A DNA stretch of 64,000 nucleotides from Candidatus Rariloculaceae bacterium (lineage in GTDB: Bacteria > Pseudomonadota > Gammaproteobacteria > Steroidobacterales > Rariloculaceae): NCBI GenBank assembly GCA_965237785.1, contig OZ250159.1, forward strand, positions 2,232,695 to 2,296,694, in the 5' to 3' direction. Under the pieces are notes generated by a model that saw only the letters and a program-made list of their open reading frames with translations, was not told the origin of the DNA and searched no databases. This document shows positions 22,318 to 33,397 of the stretch, piece after piece. Within the stretch, counting starts at the first letter, position 1; the number at the start of each line of letters is the position of its first letter. The translations under genes and the position numbers were made by a program.

Positions 22318-22543
22318 GGTTCGTCAGCAAAATCTGTGGGTGAATTCAGGCTCGGGTAACGCGCCGAGGGCATGGTACAAGGCGATTTCAGCACCGTGAC
22401 AGGCCCGAAACCGGAGGTTGTATTGCAGGAACTCGGCAAGGCGGATGTCCTGCTTGTCGGTGAGGTTCTCCGGTCGCTTCAGCAGCAGCCAGCGGCTCTT
22501 GGTCAACACCGGCTCGTAGCCCTTCGCCTTCAGCGCCTTCGAT
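22318..22543 (-). mobile_element. ISL3 right-end fragment with internal deletion
   Basis: ggttcgtcagcaaaatctgtgggt... Confidence 0.9.
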
Positions 22544-22570
22544 AGGCTGTATTAGAATGAAAGACGAGTA

Positions 22571-22596
22571 GTACCCACCGACATGCCGGTGGGTAC
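22571..22596. terminator. Hairpin downstream of the TonB receptor (terminator or REP-like)
   Basis: 10-bp stem gtacccaccg/cggtgggtac. Confidence 0.4.
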
Positions 22597-22626
22597 CCAG
22601 GTACCTGCTTCTGGTCTTGCCGACTT

Positions 22627-25600
22627 CTACCTCGAGAAGTTGTACCGCGCACCCAGGTACATGCGCATGTCGCCTTCCTGGAAGGACTGTACTTGTTTAT
22701 GCGTGCGACCGCGGAAGACGATCGGTTCGTCCAGCAGGTTGATGCCCTCCAGGAAAATGGTCAGATTATCGGTGGGAGCATAGCTGGCACTGAAGTCAAG
22801 CTGCGAGAACTCGTCAACAAACCGCGGAACGCGTTGACGGGTGTTGGTGTTGGACAGAAATTCACCGCGGTTGTTGTAGTGCAAACGCACACTGAACCTT
22901 TCGTTCTCGTAGAAGCCCATGACATTCCACGAGTCCGACAACCCCGTCAGGGCAAACTGATCCTCAGTGTTCGGGTTGGCGTACAAATCGTAGCCGACGT
23001 CTCCGCCGACAAAGGTCGAGTTGGCCTGGAAGCCGAAGCCGCTGAGGGCGCCGGTGAAGAAGTGCACCCAGTTCAATTCCAGGCCCTGGATATTGGCACT
23101 CGCCTGGTTCGTGGGCTGCTGGACGATAAAGCTCATCAATGGATCGTCTGAATTGGGGTGGATAGTACACCTGCCGGGGATGAGAGACGACTGTTCGGCG
23201 CCCCCCGGCTGACTGGGGTCGATGAATGAATCGGCGCCGCCTGTATAGCCTGCTTCCGCAAGGCACGGTTGATTATCGATGAGGGCGGTCATGGTGAAGA
23301 GGTTCGTCTCGGTCGTGCTCCAACCACGTGCCTCCAATTCCGCGACGGCTTGGCCCGAGCGCGTACCCGGACGCCCGCTGGAGACATCGCGCAGGCCGAA
23401 CAGGTTTGTCGTTACCTGCTCGTTGCCGATAAAGTTCTTTACCGACTTGTCGAAGAAGGCGACCGTAAAGGCACTGCCCTCGCCGTAGTAGTACTCCAGC
23501 GACAGGTCCAAGTTGTCGGACTCCAGCGGCTCCAGTTGCGCGTTACCCCTGCTACCGGTGGAAATGCCACCCAGGTACGTCGCCGTGCCCGGATTACCGG
23601 CTGTGGTATTGACGAACATGCTGCCATACGGCGCGCGCGCGATGGTTGTGCTGAACGAGGCGCGCGCTTTCAGGTTATCGGTGACATCCACCGAGAAGTC
23701 GAGGCTCGGCAGCAAGTTGCTATAGTCGAAAGTCTGCACCACCGCCTGGGTATCCCCGCTGGTCTGGTCGAAGAAGTCGTTGTCCGATGTCCAGGATTTA
23801 CGCAGGGGGACCGACTGCAACGCTATGGATTCGACCTCCGTCTGCTCCCAGCGCAGTCCGACCACGACCTGCATCGGCCTGCCGCCGACTTCGCCATCCA
23901 GGATACCCTCGCCGTAAAGCGACAGAACGTCTTCACTGATGAGGTTGTCGTTCGTTCTTATGCGGGTCCCGCCCCGGTTGGCGTTGTCGAATCTTCTCCC
24001 GGTGGAGCTGACGAAGCCGTCATAGGCCTCCCCCAACACTATCGGGCTGACAAAGAACGCTTCCTGGCCCACGAGCCGCGGACTGGCGCCCGGGGCTACG
24101 GTTCCGCCGGCGGCGGTGAAATCCGCGATCAGTTCCTCCGCCGACAGGAGTTGATTGTCATGGTCGTCAAACTCGCAGCTTATGCATACGGCTTCGATAG
24201 CATCTTCTGGCACCAGAGTCACGACATCGCCAATGAAGAAAGTGTTCCAGTTGCCGATTTCGTCCCAGTGACTCGCGTAGGCCCGGTGCATTTCGTGGTC
24301 GACAAAGCCCAGGCCGAAATTAGCCCTGACCGGGCCGCCGTTGTCGAAGGCGAGTTTCGTATTGAACTGGTCGATGGTGGTTTCCTGATCATTAAAGTCT
24401 CGAAAGATCCACTGGGTACCGAGATCCGACTTTTCGAAGATACCATTCGCATTGCCGCCGGGGAAGGTAACCGACCTACCGCCGACCATGGTGGTGGTGG
24501 GGCCCGAGCCGTCCGCGATGAGCTGGATGACGTTGGGTATCTCAGTGCGGTAGTCTACGATGTGGGCAGCAACAGCCTGACCGCCGAGGGAGGATCCTTC
24601 ATAGACAGAGCCACTCGGGTGATTGCCGCCGGCGGACGCATTGCCATGGGCCGCGTCGAAATTCAACGTCAGCGAGTCATTGATCTGATAGTCGACATTG
24701 AGGCCGAACGAGGACAACTCGTCTCGCAACTCGAACAAGCCATTCCGGAAAGGGAGCTCCTTGCCCGCCTGGCTGAAGTCGCTGCCGCCGCCGGACACGA
24801 GCGGCTCGGATAACCAGTCCGGGAGGCTGAGGACAGGGTTGCCATCGAAGACGACAAAATCGAAACTGCGGACCCAGAAGGGTAGATCCGAAACACTCTT
24901 TGTACTCTGATCATTCTGCGCGAACAACCCATCCGCGGTAATGGTCACGCGGTCCGTGGGCGCCCACTGCAGGGTCACCATGCCGTTGGTGCGCTCGCGC
25001 GAGGCCTCGCTGTACACCAGGGTCGCAGAATGCGGGAAGCCGGTCAGTTGATCGGGGCTGGGTGGGTTGATCACGGTGGCGTTCTGGTAGTCGTTGCTGT
25101 TCTGATCGAAGGGAAACCTCCATTCGAGCCCGGCCCCGCCGCCGTGAAGCGCCGTGCGATTCGAGTATTGGCGCTCCTGGACGGAACCGAAGGCGGCCAC
25201 GCCGAAGGTGCCTGCATCATTCGTCCAGTTGCCCAGAGCGCTCACCTCCGGCGTCGCGCCACTGAAACCGGCGTCCTGGAGGGCTTTGGCGCCGAGGGAG
25301 AACTGGTTAGCCGATTCCAGGGGCTGGATGGTCTGGATATTGATCGTGCCGCCAAGACCGCCGGACGGCACCCCGACCCGGCCCGATTTGTACACCTGCA
25401 GGCCCGATACCCCCTCGGACGCCAGGTTCGAGAAGTCGAAGGAGCGCGACTGGCCGCTAGTACGGTTGGCGTTGATGCCGAAGAAGGGAGGCGTGGTGTT
25501 GGACGCGGGCATCTGGCGGCCGTTCAGGGTCACGATGTTGAAGTCGCCACTGAAGCCGCGAATCGTGACCTCGGAACCCTCGCCCTCGACGCGGTTGATG

Positions 25601-25875
25601 GACACCCCGGTAATGCGCTGCAGCGATTCCGCCAGGTTGGTATCGGGAAACTTGCCGATATCTTCCGCGGAAATGGCGTCCATCACGCCTGAAGTCTCAC
25701 GCTTGAGATCCATGGCCGCCTGCAAACTGCCGCGAATACCGGTGACCACGATCTCCTCGATACCGTCACCGGTCTGCTGCGCACTCGCCTGGCTGGCCAT
25801 AATGGACAAAGCTGCCGATACGGCGGCAGCCAATTTGGTCTTTTGCACAGTTCTTTTCATTTCACCCATCTTCAT
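22627..25875 (-). CDS. TonB-dependent receptor
   Basis: IEEIVVTGIRGSL, AEDIGKFPDTNLAESLQRITGVSI, C-terminal YLGARYNF. Confidence 0.95.
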   Translation of the reverse strand: MKMGEMKRTVQKTKLAAAVSAALSIMASQASAQQTGDGIEEIVVTGIRGSLQAAMDLKRETSGVMDAISAEDIGKFPDTNLAESLQRITGVSINRVEGEGSEVTIRGFSGDFNIVTLNGRQMPASNTTPPFFGINANRTSGQSRSFDFSNLASEGVSGLQVYKSGRVGVPSGGLGGTINIQTIQPLESANQFSLGAKALQDAGFSGATPEVSALGNWTNDAGTFGVAAFGSVQERQYSNRTALHGGGAGLEWRFPFDQNSNDYQNATVINPPSPDQLTGFPHSATLVYSEASRERTNGMVTLQWAPTDRVTITADGLFAQNDQSTKSVSDLPFWVRSFDFVVFDGNPVLSLPDWLSEPLVSGGGSDFSQAGKELPFRNGLFELRDELSSFGLNVDYQINDSLTLNFDAAHGNASAGGNHPSGSVYEGSSLGGQAVAAHIVDYRTEIPNVIQLIADGSGPTTTMVGGRSVTFPGGNANGIFEKSDLGTQWIFRDFNDQETTIDQFNTKLAFDNGGPVRANFGLGFVDHEMHRAYASHWDEIGNWNTFFIGDVVTLVPEDAIEAVCISCEFDDHDNQLLSAEELIADFTAAGGTVAPGASPRLVGQEAFFVSPIVLGEAYDGFVSSTGRRFDNANRGGTRIRTNDNLISEDVLSLYGEGILDGEVGGRPMQVVVGLRWEQTEVESIALQSVPLRKSWTSDNDFFDQTSGDTQAVVQTFDYSNLLPSLDFSVDVTDNLKARASFSTTIARAPYGSMFVNTTAGNPGTATYLGGISTGSRGNAQLEPLESDNLDLSLEYYYGEGSAFTVAFFDKSVKNFIGNEQVTTNLFGLRDVSSGRPGTRSGQAVAELEARGWSTTETNLFTMTALIDNQPCLAEAGYTGGADSFIDPSQPGGAEQSSLIPGRCTIHPNSDDPLMSFIVQQPTNQASANIQGLELNWVHFFTGALSGFGFQANSTFVGGDVGYDLYANPNTEDQFALTGLSDSWNVMGFYENERFSVRLHYNNRGEFLSNTNTRQRVPRFVDEFSQLDFSASYAPTDNLTIFLEGINLLDEPIVFRGRTHKQVQSFQEGDMRMYLGARYNFSR

Positions 25876-26097
25876 TATCCTCAGCGATTGTCAGCGATGC
25901 GCCCGCTGCACGCGCCAGCGTACATCCAGACGACATCGATATCTGGTCTTTTAGCGAACTTAGCACATTTCCCCATGGTTAGGAAGCCTTTTGGCCGCCG
26001 AAACCCGAAAAAAATTGGCAGCGCGTTTCCTGCCACAATTCTACCCCAAATTTTGTGGCCAATGCGCAACATTACGTCCCCGCGCGCCACCCCTGCC

Positions 26098-26234
26098 CGC
26101 GTGATAAGCTCACTTCAAGGGAGACCGCTCATATGACCACCGTCGCTCTGATTCTGGCCCTGATCGCGTGATAAGCTCACTTCAAGGGAGACCGCTCATA
26201 TGACCACCGTCGCTGCTGATTCTGCGCCCTGATC
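26098..26234 (+). repeat. Tandem duplication, unit 67-69 bp
   Basis: cgcgtgataagctcacttcaagggagaccgctcatatgaccaccgtcgct... twice, differing by two 1-bp indels. Confidence 0.9.
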
Positions 26235-26305
26235 GGCTTGCTCGGCGCGCAGGCTGCGCGCGGTTGCAGCATAACCTGAATCGTTGACTCTCCGGAGAAC
26301 CCTTG

Positions 26306-27790
26306 ATGTAGGAGAAAATTCGCGTAATCGTCGCCGGTGGCGGAACGGCTGGTTGGTTGACAGCTTACAGCCTGGTCAGGCGGCTGGGTAACCTGCTCGA
26401 AATCACCCTGGTCGAATCCGACCGGATCGGAACCGTGGGTGTCGGCGAGGCGACCGTTCCCACCATCTGCAATTTTCACCATATTTTTAAAATCGACGAG
26501 CGCGAGTTCATGCGCGCAACCCAGGCAACCTTCAAGCTCGGCATTTTCTTTGACAACTGGGGCGCGCCGGGCGAAAGCTACATTCACACGTTCGGCGTTG
26601 CCGGGCAAAGTACCTGGATGGCGGGATTCCACCAGTACTGGATGGAGGCCCATGCCAATGGTTTTGGCGGCAGCCTGGAGGACTATTGCCTCGAATTGAA
26701 GGCGGCGAACGCCGGCAAATTCGCGGTAAAGGTAGGTGAGACGCCACTGGCGTACGCCTATCACCTGGACGCAACGGCCTACGCCGGATTTCTGCGGCAA
26801 AAAAGCGAATCACTCGGCGTCCGGCGAGTCGAAGGCAAGATCGGCGAAATTACCGTTGATCCGGTGACGGGCAATATCCGATCGCTGGAGTTGGAGCAAG
26901 ACAGACAGGTCGCCGGTGATTTCTTTATCGATTGCACCGGCTTCAGAGGCCTGCTGCTCGGCGGTGCACTGGACGTCGAATACGAGGACTGGAGCCATTG
27001 GCTGGCCGCCGACCGCGCTCTGGCAATACAGACGAGAAGTACCGAGCCGCCTCCCCCCTATACACGCGCCATTGCACATTCCTCCGGGTGGCAGTGGCGT
27101 ATCCCCCTGCAAAGCCGTACCGGCAATGGCCTTGTTTACAGCAGCCGGTTTTGTTCCGACGACGATGCCCGTGCAACTTTGCTCGGCAATATCACAGGAA
27201 AGACCATCACTGAGCCCCGCCTCCTGAGATTTAAAACCGGTCTCCGTACAAATGCGTGGCGCAAAAACTGTGTTGCCATAGGTTTATCGAGCGGCTTTAT
27301 CGAGCCACTTGAATCGACCAGCATACACTTGATTAACACTTCGCTGATACGCTTGATGAAGCTCTTCCCGTTTTCAGGCGCAATGGCGCCGCTGGCCGAG
27401 CACTTTAATCGTGAAACCCGGATTGAATGGGAGGCAGTGCGCGATTTTATCATCCTGCACTACAAGCAGACGCAACGGGATGACAGTGAATTCTGGAATT
27501 ATTATCGTACCATGGATATCCCGGACAGCCTCGCTCACCGCATAGAGCTCTTTCAGGAAAACGGCCATGTGTGGCCGGATTTGGTAAATTTGTTTCGCAC
27601 GAACTCTTGGGTTCAGGTGATGATTGGGCAGGGTTTGTTCCCGAAACATCGTCACGGTGCAGGTCGTATATTGCCACCGGAGGCATTAAAGCGAGAGCTT
27701 GAAAAGCTGAGTGCTTTTGTAAATCATAATCTTGCCAAGCTGCCTGATCACAATGACTTTATCAAACAGTATTGCCCGGCGCAGAACTGA
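26306..27790 (+). pseudogene. Tryptophan halogenase-family flavoprotein with TAG at codon 2
   Basis: ATG TAG GAG AAA ATT reads M*EKIRVIVAGGGTAGW; VGVGEAT, ATFKLGI, GWQWRIP, FIEPLEST. Confidence 0.8.
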
Positions 27791-27947
27791 GTGGCACTGA
27801 GGCCAATCAAGAACGAAATCTTTTTTGAAGGTATCTTTCAAAATATCGGGTGTAATCGGAAAAGGCATTGGGATGGGTCTACCGTTGATCTGGTCATAGG
27901 CGAGAAACCTGGTTTCCTTGCTACTCATTGTCTTTAACACTACTCGC

Positions 27948-28203
27948 GGATAGTGCGTATAAGCGGCCTTATGTGAGACGTCGAGCCCGATGGGGCCGCT
28001 GGCAGCCGGGGGATAACGGTGTGGTCAGCTCGATCGAGGCCGCCATCGGCGACGAGCCGGGGTGGAGAGGCGATCAGCACGACCGGTCGCCCGTCGGCGG
28101 TGCGCGGCTCGGATGCGCCGGATCGACGGACCCGGCATCGCGGCCGAGGCGCTCGAGAATCCGTTCAATGACCGCCGGCGCCTCGATGCTGGCAATGACA
28201 CGC
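27948..28203 (-). mobile_element. IS91/ISCR-like transposase C-terminal fragment with putative oriIS end
   Basis: RVIASIEAPAVIERILERL...SRAPP; end sequence gcttatacgcactatcc. Confidence 0.55.
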
Positions 28204-28229
28204 TAGCGGCCGATGCCTTGGCACACTCG

Positions 28230-28312
28230 GTGCCACCGGCCGTGCTCCTGCGCGAAGGCTGGCGCGAGGGTAAGCGCGTGCGCAAACGCACCCTCGCCAA
28301 TCTCACCGCCTG
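28230..28312 (+). mobile_element. IS1634 transposase N-terminal fragment
   Basis: PPAVLLREGWREGKRVRKRTLANLTAW. Confidence 0.7.
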
Positions 28313-30207
28313 GCAGCGGCGGCGCGTGTCTTAGCCCGACGTAAGCATTCGCTCAAGCCGGGATGAGTAGATGGCGAGGGGATCGATATGGGCTGATGAG
28401 AGGCGCCTGGCAAGGGACTGGTAACGCAGCTCGTCTTGCGGTATCGTACCGGCATGACGATTCTCGACGACGCAGTTGGGGCGGATATCACGTTAGTCGA
28501 GAGGCCCGATGGCCGGTGGTCCGCGCCCTCTGAGACGCAGTTGCGCGGGGAGTTGGATTGGCGGTTGCTATTCGAGCGGGAGCGGGCCCGCGCTGAACAG
28601 CTTCGCTGGTCGGATGTGGATGCGCGTTCTCGATCGGGCTGGCTGAAGTGGCAGCTCGACGCCTGCCGGGAGAAGCTGAAGGCGGCCGTGGAGGAGACCA
28701 AGGAGGTCCGCCGCACGGCCAGGGACGCCTTGTCCTTGCAGGCCGAAGTGGCGCGTCTGACGAAGTTGCTTGTCGCGATGCCGGTGTGGAGTCGAGCAAG
28801 CGCAGCACGATGGCGCGGGGAGTTGGATTGGCGGTTGCTATTCGAGCGGGAGCGGGCCCGCGCTGAACAGCTTCGCTGGTGTCGCTTCGCAAGGAAGTCG
28901 GGCGGCTGCGCAAGGCGCTGCGGGCGTTGGAGATCCGCACGGTGTCGCTGGAGGCTCAGCTTGCCAAGGTTCGCGCGACCAGGGCGGTGCTGTCGAAGAC
29001 GCTGTTCGGGCGCAAGAGCGAGAAGCAGGAGACGCCGCGCTCGCAGCGCCGACGCGGCCACCAGCCCGGCGCCGCCGGACATGGCCGCACGCAACGGCCC
29101 GCGCTCGAGGAGCGCACCGAAGAACACCACCCGCCGGCGGATGCGCGCGTGTGTTCGTGTTGCGGCAAGCCTTACGTGGCGAATGGCGCCGAGGTTTCCA
29201 CCCTCGTCGAGATCGATGTCGCGGCCCACAAGCGCGTGATCCATCGTCCGCGGTGGCGCCGGCTCTGCGCCTGCGCATCGTCGCCCCGGGAAGTGTCGGC
29301 GCCCCCGGCGCCGCGGCTGTTCGTCAACACACCCTACGGGACCAGCGTGTGGGCGCGGTTTTTGTTCGAGCGCTATGCCTGCTTGCGCCCGATGAACCGG
29401 GTCGCCGCGTGGCTGCGCGACCAGGGTCTGGCGATTTCGCCGGGCACGCTGGGCGACAGCGTGCACCGGTTCGAGCCGCTGTTCGAGCCGCTCGCCGAGG
29501 CGATTCTTGAACACCGGAATGAGGTGGCGGTGCGCCATGGCGATGAGACGGGCTGGCGCATCCAGTCGCTTCGCGGACAGGGCCGCTCGAGCCGCGCCTG
29601 GCTGTGGACCTCGGTCAGCCAGGACGCGGTCTATTTCCACATCGACCCCTCGCGTAGCGCCGCGGCGGCGGCCAAGCTGTTCGGCGATGCCGCGCCCGGT
29701 ACGGTGCTGGTCTGCGACCGCTATGGCGCCTATAAGAAGCTGGCCCGCGATCTCGCGGGTGTGCTGGTTTTGGCATACTGTTGGGCGCATATGCGTCGGG
29801 ATTTTATCGAGTGCGCGGCCGGTCGGGAGCAGCTGACGCCGTGGTGCCAGGGATGGCTCGAGCGGATCGCGTCGATCTACCGTTTGAACGAGGCGCGGCG
29901 GGCTGATTACGACCCCGGTCGCAAGCGCCAGACACCGGCGTTCGACGCGGCGCAAGGCACGCTCAAGGAGGCGCTCGACGGCCTGTTCGCGGGCGCCGAA
30001 CGGGAGCTGGCTACCCTGCCGGCGCAAGCGCGCGAGGGCAAGGCGCTGCGCTCGCTGGTGAACCATCGCGACGGATTGAGCCTGTTCGTCGACCGCCCCC
30101 AAGTGCCCATGGACAATAATTTTGCACATGCCGACATCCGTTTTATGCCGACAACGCGGCCCAAGTCATTGATCGACCGGGTCATGCGGCAGGATTTATC
30201 GGCATAA

Positions 30208-31209
30208 TCACAAAGCCTCCAGGAATGTCATCAGCTGATCATCGGGCCGGTAGATGCCCTCGGGAATATCGACCGGTCGCGTCCGGTCCATCGCGTCTTT
30301 CTTTATCTGCATGTCGGCATGCAGGTAGATTTGCGTGGTTTCAACCGTTTCATGACCAAGCCACAGTGCGATGACGGTGCAGCCGACGCCGCTGCGGAGC
30401 AGTTCCATGGCGGCCGAGTGGCGCAGCGTATGCGGACTGACCCGCTTGCTCTTCAATGTCGGGCAGGTCCCGGATGCCATCCGGGCGTATTTGCGCACAA
30501 TGCGCTCGATTCCGTCGCGACTGAAGCGTCCCCGGCGGGTACTCACGAACAGCGGCCGGTCCGGCGCTGCGGCCGTTTCGCCCAGCCAGCCGCGCAGCGC
30601 CTGCACACTGTCGGCGCGCAACGGCGTCGCCCGCTCCTTGCGGCCCTTTCCCCGGCAATGCACGTGTGCTTGGGACTGGGGCTCAAGGACCACGTCGCCA
30701 ACATTGAGACCGATCGGTTCCGACACCCTGAGACCGGTCTGCAGGGCAACCAGCAACAGGGTTCTGTCTCGCCGCCCGATCCATGTGGACAGGTCGGGTG
30801 CGGCGAGCAGTGCGGCGCACTCTCCCCGGTCGAGGTAGTCGATCATGCGTTTGTCATGGCGCTTCGCCGGTATGGTGAGCACCTGCTGGCAGTGATACAG
30901 CAGGGCGGGTTCGCGGACCGCGACGAACCGGAAGAACGCCCGGATCGTCGATCGGCGCGCGTTGCGCGTGCGGGGACTGTTCTGCCGGCTGTCTTCGATG
31001 AAGCACAGGAACCGCGCCACGAGATCGGCATCGATGTCGGTGACAAGCAGGTCGGTGGGCTCGCGCCCGACTTGTTCACAGGTGTAGTTGAGCAGCAGCC
31101 GGAAGGTGTCACGGTAGCTCGCCACCGTGTGAGGACTGGCCCCTTGCTGTGCGATGAGGCGATCGGCGAAGAAGCGCTGCACATAAGCAGGCAATGCATA
31201 CGTCGTCAT
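30208..31209 (-). CDS. RIT recombinase C
   Basis: SPHTVASYRDTF, TGLRVSE, GKGRKER, SPHTLRHS, WLGHE..TTQIY. Confidence 0.92.
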   Translation of the reverse strand: MTTYALPAYVQRFFADRLIAQQGASPHTVASYRDTFRLLLNYTCEQVGREPTDLLVTDIDADLVARFLCFIEDSRQNSPRTRNARRSTIRAFFRFVAVREPALLYHCQQVLTIPAKRHDKRMIDYLDRGECAALLAAPDLSTWIGRRDRTLLLVALQTGLRVSEPIGLNVGDVVLEPQSQAHVHCRGKGRKERATPLRADSVQALRGWLGETAAAPDRPLFVSTRRGRFSRDGIERIVRKYARMASGTCPTLKSKRVSPHTLRHSAAMELLRSGVGCTVIALWLGHETVETTQIYLHADMQIKKDAMDRTRPVDIPEGIYRPDDQLMTFLEAL

Positions 31210-32159
31210 GATGCCTCCTTTTGCGCGAATGACCGTTCCGCACGTTCGGTGGCCAGTTGCAGCAGTTCAGGCACCGCCTCCACGTACCAGTAGGTATTGC
31301 CCGGACGGCTGTGTCCGAGCCATGTGCTCAGCTTGTACATCTCCCGATCGGGGTTCAGCCCGGACCGGTACCAATCGATGAGGGTGCGGACCGCCATGGT
31401 GTGCCGCAGATCGTGCAGGCGCGGCCCCCGGCCGCGGTGGCCGGGCGGTTTGCGCTCCCGCAGGCCGATTCTCTGGCCGACCTTTGCAAAGTTGTATTCG
31501 GCTGTGCCGGTGCGGACGCGTTGAAGACGATCTCCGACGAAGAACGCCGGCGTCTCGACCGCGCCAAGGATCCGGTCACGCAATGACCGGTATTGCTCAA
31601 GGCGCCGACCGGTGCATGGGGTGAGAGCCAGCACACGGCTTCGGTCATTCTTCGCATGCCGGATATGCACCAGGGCGGCGTCCGTATCGACATCCCCATC
31701 GTCGAGCCCGAGCGCCTCGCCGATCCGAAGCCCCGTCACGGCAAGCAGGCCGAACAGCGTCGCATAGGTCGGGCCGCGCAGGCCGGGTTTTGACGGTAGC
31801 CGTGCGGCCTCGGTCACGATGGCGGCGATCTCGTTGTCGGTGTAGATGTAAGGCCGTGGCCGTCGCCGACCTGCTGGAATGAGGCCCCGGGGCGGCACTT
31901 CGGTCCGTGGATCGACGCTTTGCAGCCAACGGGCAAAGGTGCGCACATGGCTAAAGCGGTAGGACCAGCTTCGATTACTCGCTGAGCCGAACTGCGCTTT
32001 CCAGCATAGGAACAGGTCCGTGGTGACCCGTTCGGCGCCCTGGTCTGCCGCGAAGGAAGCAAACTTGCGTAATGCCTGCACAGCACTGGCCGACAGGCCT
32101 GTTCCGAAGCGGTCCCGCTGGGCGAGATACTGCTCCACGCGCTCTGTCAGCGGGATCAT
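31206..32159 (-). CDS. RIT recombinase B
   Basis: RPYIYT, TGLRIGEA, RLHDLRHT, LSTWLGH..TYWY. Confidence 0.92.
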   Translation of the reverse strand: MIPLTERVEQYLAQRDRFGTGLSASAVQALRKFASFAADQGAERVTTDLFLCWKAQFGSASNRSWSYRFSHVRTFARWLQSVDPRTEVPPRGLIPAGRRRPRPYIYTDNEIAAIVTEAARLPSKPGLRGPTYATLFGLLAVTGLRIGEALGLDDGDVDTDAALVHIRHAKNDRSRVLALTPCTGRRLEQYRSLRDRILGAVETPAFFVGDRLQRVRTGTAEYNFAKVGQRIGLRERKPPGHRGRGPRLHDLRHTMAVRTLIDWYRSGLNPDREMYKLSTWLGHSRPGNTYWYVEAVPELLQLATERAERSFAQKEAS

Positions 32160-33397
32160 CGCACCGCTCCCGGCACCGGCCATGACCGCGCAAGCGGTCG
32201 CAGTGCATCGATATCGTAGTGGGCGTATACGGCGGTCGATTGGCGGGAGCGGTGACGCAGGACATCGCCAATCTCTTCCAGGGAGGCGCCCCGGCCCAGC
32301 AGGTCCATGGCCAGACTGTGCCGCAGCGCATGGGTCCGGGCCTGGCCCCGGGGCGGAGTCAGGCCGGCCCGTTCGTACGCCTGGAGAAGGGCTCTGCGAA
32401 CGACCGGAGATGATGTGAACGGTCGATACGGCGGCCGCACGGATACAAACAAGTGACGCGACGAGCCCTGCCTGCCATTGCGGATCCAGGCGACCGCCGT
32501 CTCTCCCACATCGACGGGCAACGGCATGCGATCCAACTGGCCGGCTTTGCCGCGGACAACAAGCCTGCCGGCCCGCCAGTCGATGTCATCGAGCCGTACC
32601 GCGATCGCTTCCTGCCCACGAAGGCCGAGCCTGGCCATCATCAGCAGCATCGCACGATCGCGCCGTTCACGCGGGCTGTCGCCGCGAACCGCTTCGATCA
32701 GGTGACGCACCGTGTCGGGTTCGAGATGACGCGGCAGCCCATCGGGCCGGCTCCGTGCCGATCGTGGAACGGCGTCGGTCAGGTCGCGCGCGAGTCTGCC
32801 GTTCCAGAAGAGGAACCGCAGGACGTTGCGCAGATACGGCAGTCGCCAGTTGGACTTTCCCGAGAAGCCATCTACAAAAGCGAAGATGCTTTCCGGCGTA
32901 ATGCCTCTCGGATCGTCCAGCGCCCGGGTGCTCGCACCGCAGAACGTCATGAAGCTCTTCAGAATGCTCCGGTGCGTGCGCAGCCGTCTTCCGAACATCC
33001 CACGATGCTGCCGCAGCCAGGCATCGAACTGCGCACTCAACTGTTCCAGCGAGCCCGATGCAGGTGGCGGCGCGGGAAGCATCGGTGCGATCGCGCCGGA
33101 ATCGACCAGGTAGTCGGCAAACCGTCGTGTGACCGATATCAAATCCCGCTCCATCGAAGGCGATCCCGTTCGCGGACATGCTGCCGAGAGATCCGCAAGT
33201 ACGCCTGCATCGACATCGTCGGCCGCGAGTCCGCGGGCATCGAGCGCCGCACAGAGCCGGCCGGTCATGAGCCGGTAGGTGGCCAGGGTACGCTCGGCAT
33301 AGCCTTGTCCGACAAGACAGTTCAGAAACGCGCTGCGATGCGGCGCCCACCAAGAGGAATCCATCGATGCCGATGGAGGCGATATACAACTGGACAT
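32156..33397 (-). CDS. RIT recombinase A
   Basis: RDRAMLLMMARLGLR, IDWRAG, HALRHSLA, DVLRHRS..STAVYA. Confidence 0.92.
   Translation of the reverse strand: MSSCISPPSASMDSSWWAPHRSAFLNCLVGQGYAERTLATYRLMTGRLCAALDARGLAADDVDAGVLADLSAACPRTGSPSMERDLISVTRRFADYLVDSGAIAPMLPAPPPASGSLEQLSAQFDAWLRQHRGMFGRRLRTHRSILKSFMTFCGASTRALDDPRGITPESIFAFVDGFSGKSNWRLPYLRNVLRFLFWNGRLARDLTDAVPRSARSRPDGLPRHLEPDTVRHLIEAVRGDSPRERRDRAMLLMMARLGLRGQEAIAVRLDDIDWRAGRLVVRGKAGQLDRMPLPVDVGETAVAWIRNGRQGSSRHLFVSVRPPYRPFTSSPVVRRALLQAYERAGLTPPRGQARTHALRHSLAMDLLGRGASLEEIGDVLRHRSRQSTAVYAHYDIDALRPLARSWPVPGAVR

Noticed and set aside
26306-27790. Halogenated natural-product gene cluster
   Set aside because: No biosynthetic genes nearby; TonB-linked halogenase-like genes are common in sugar loci.
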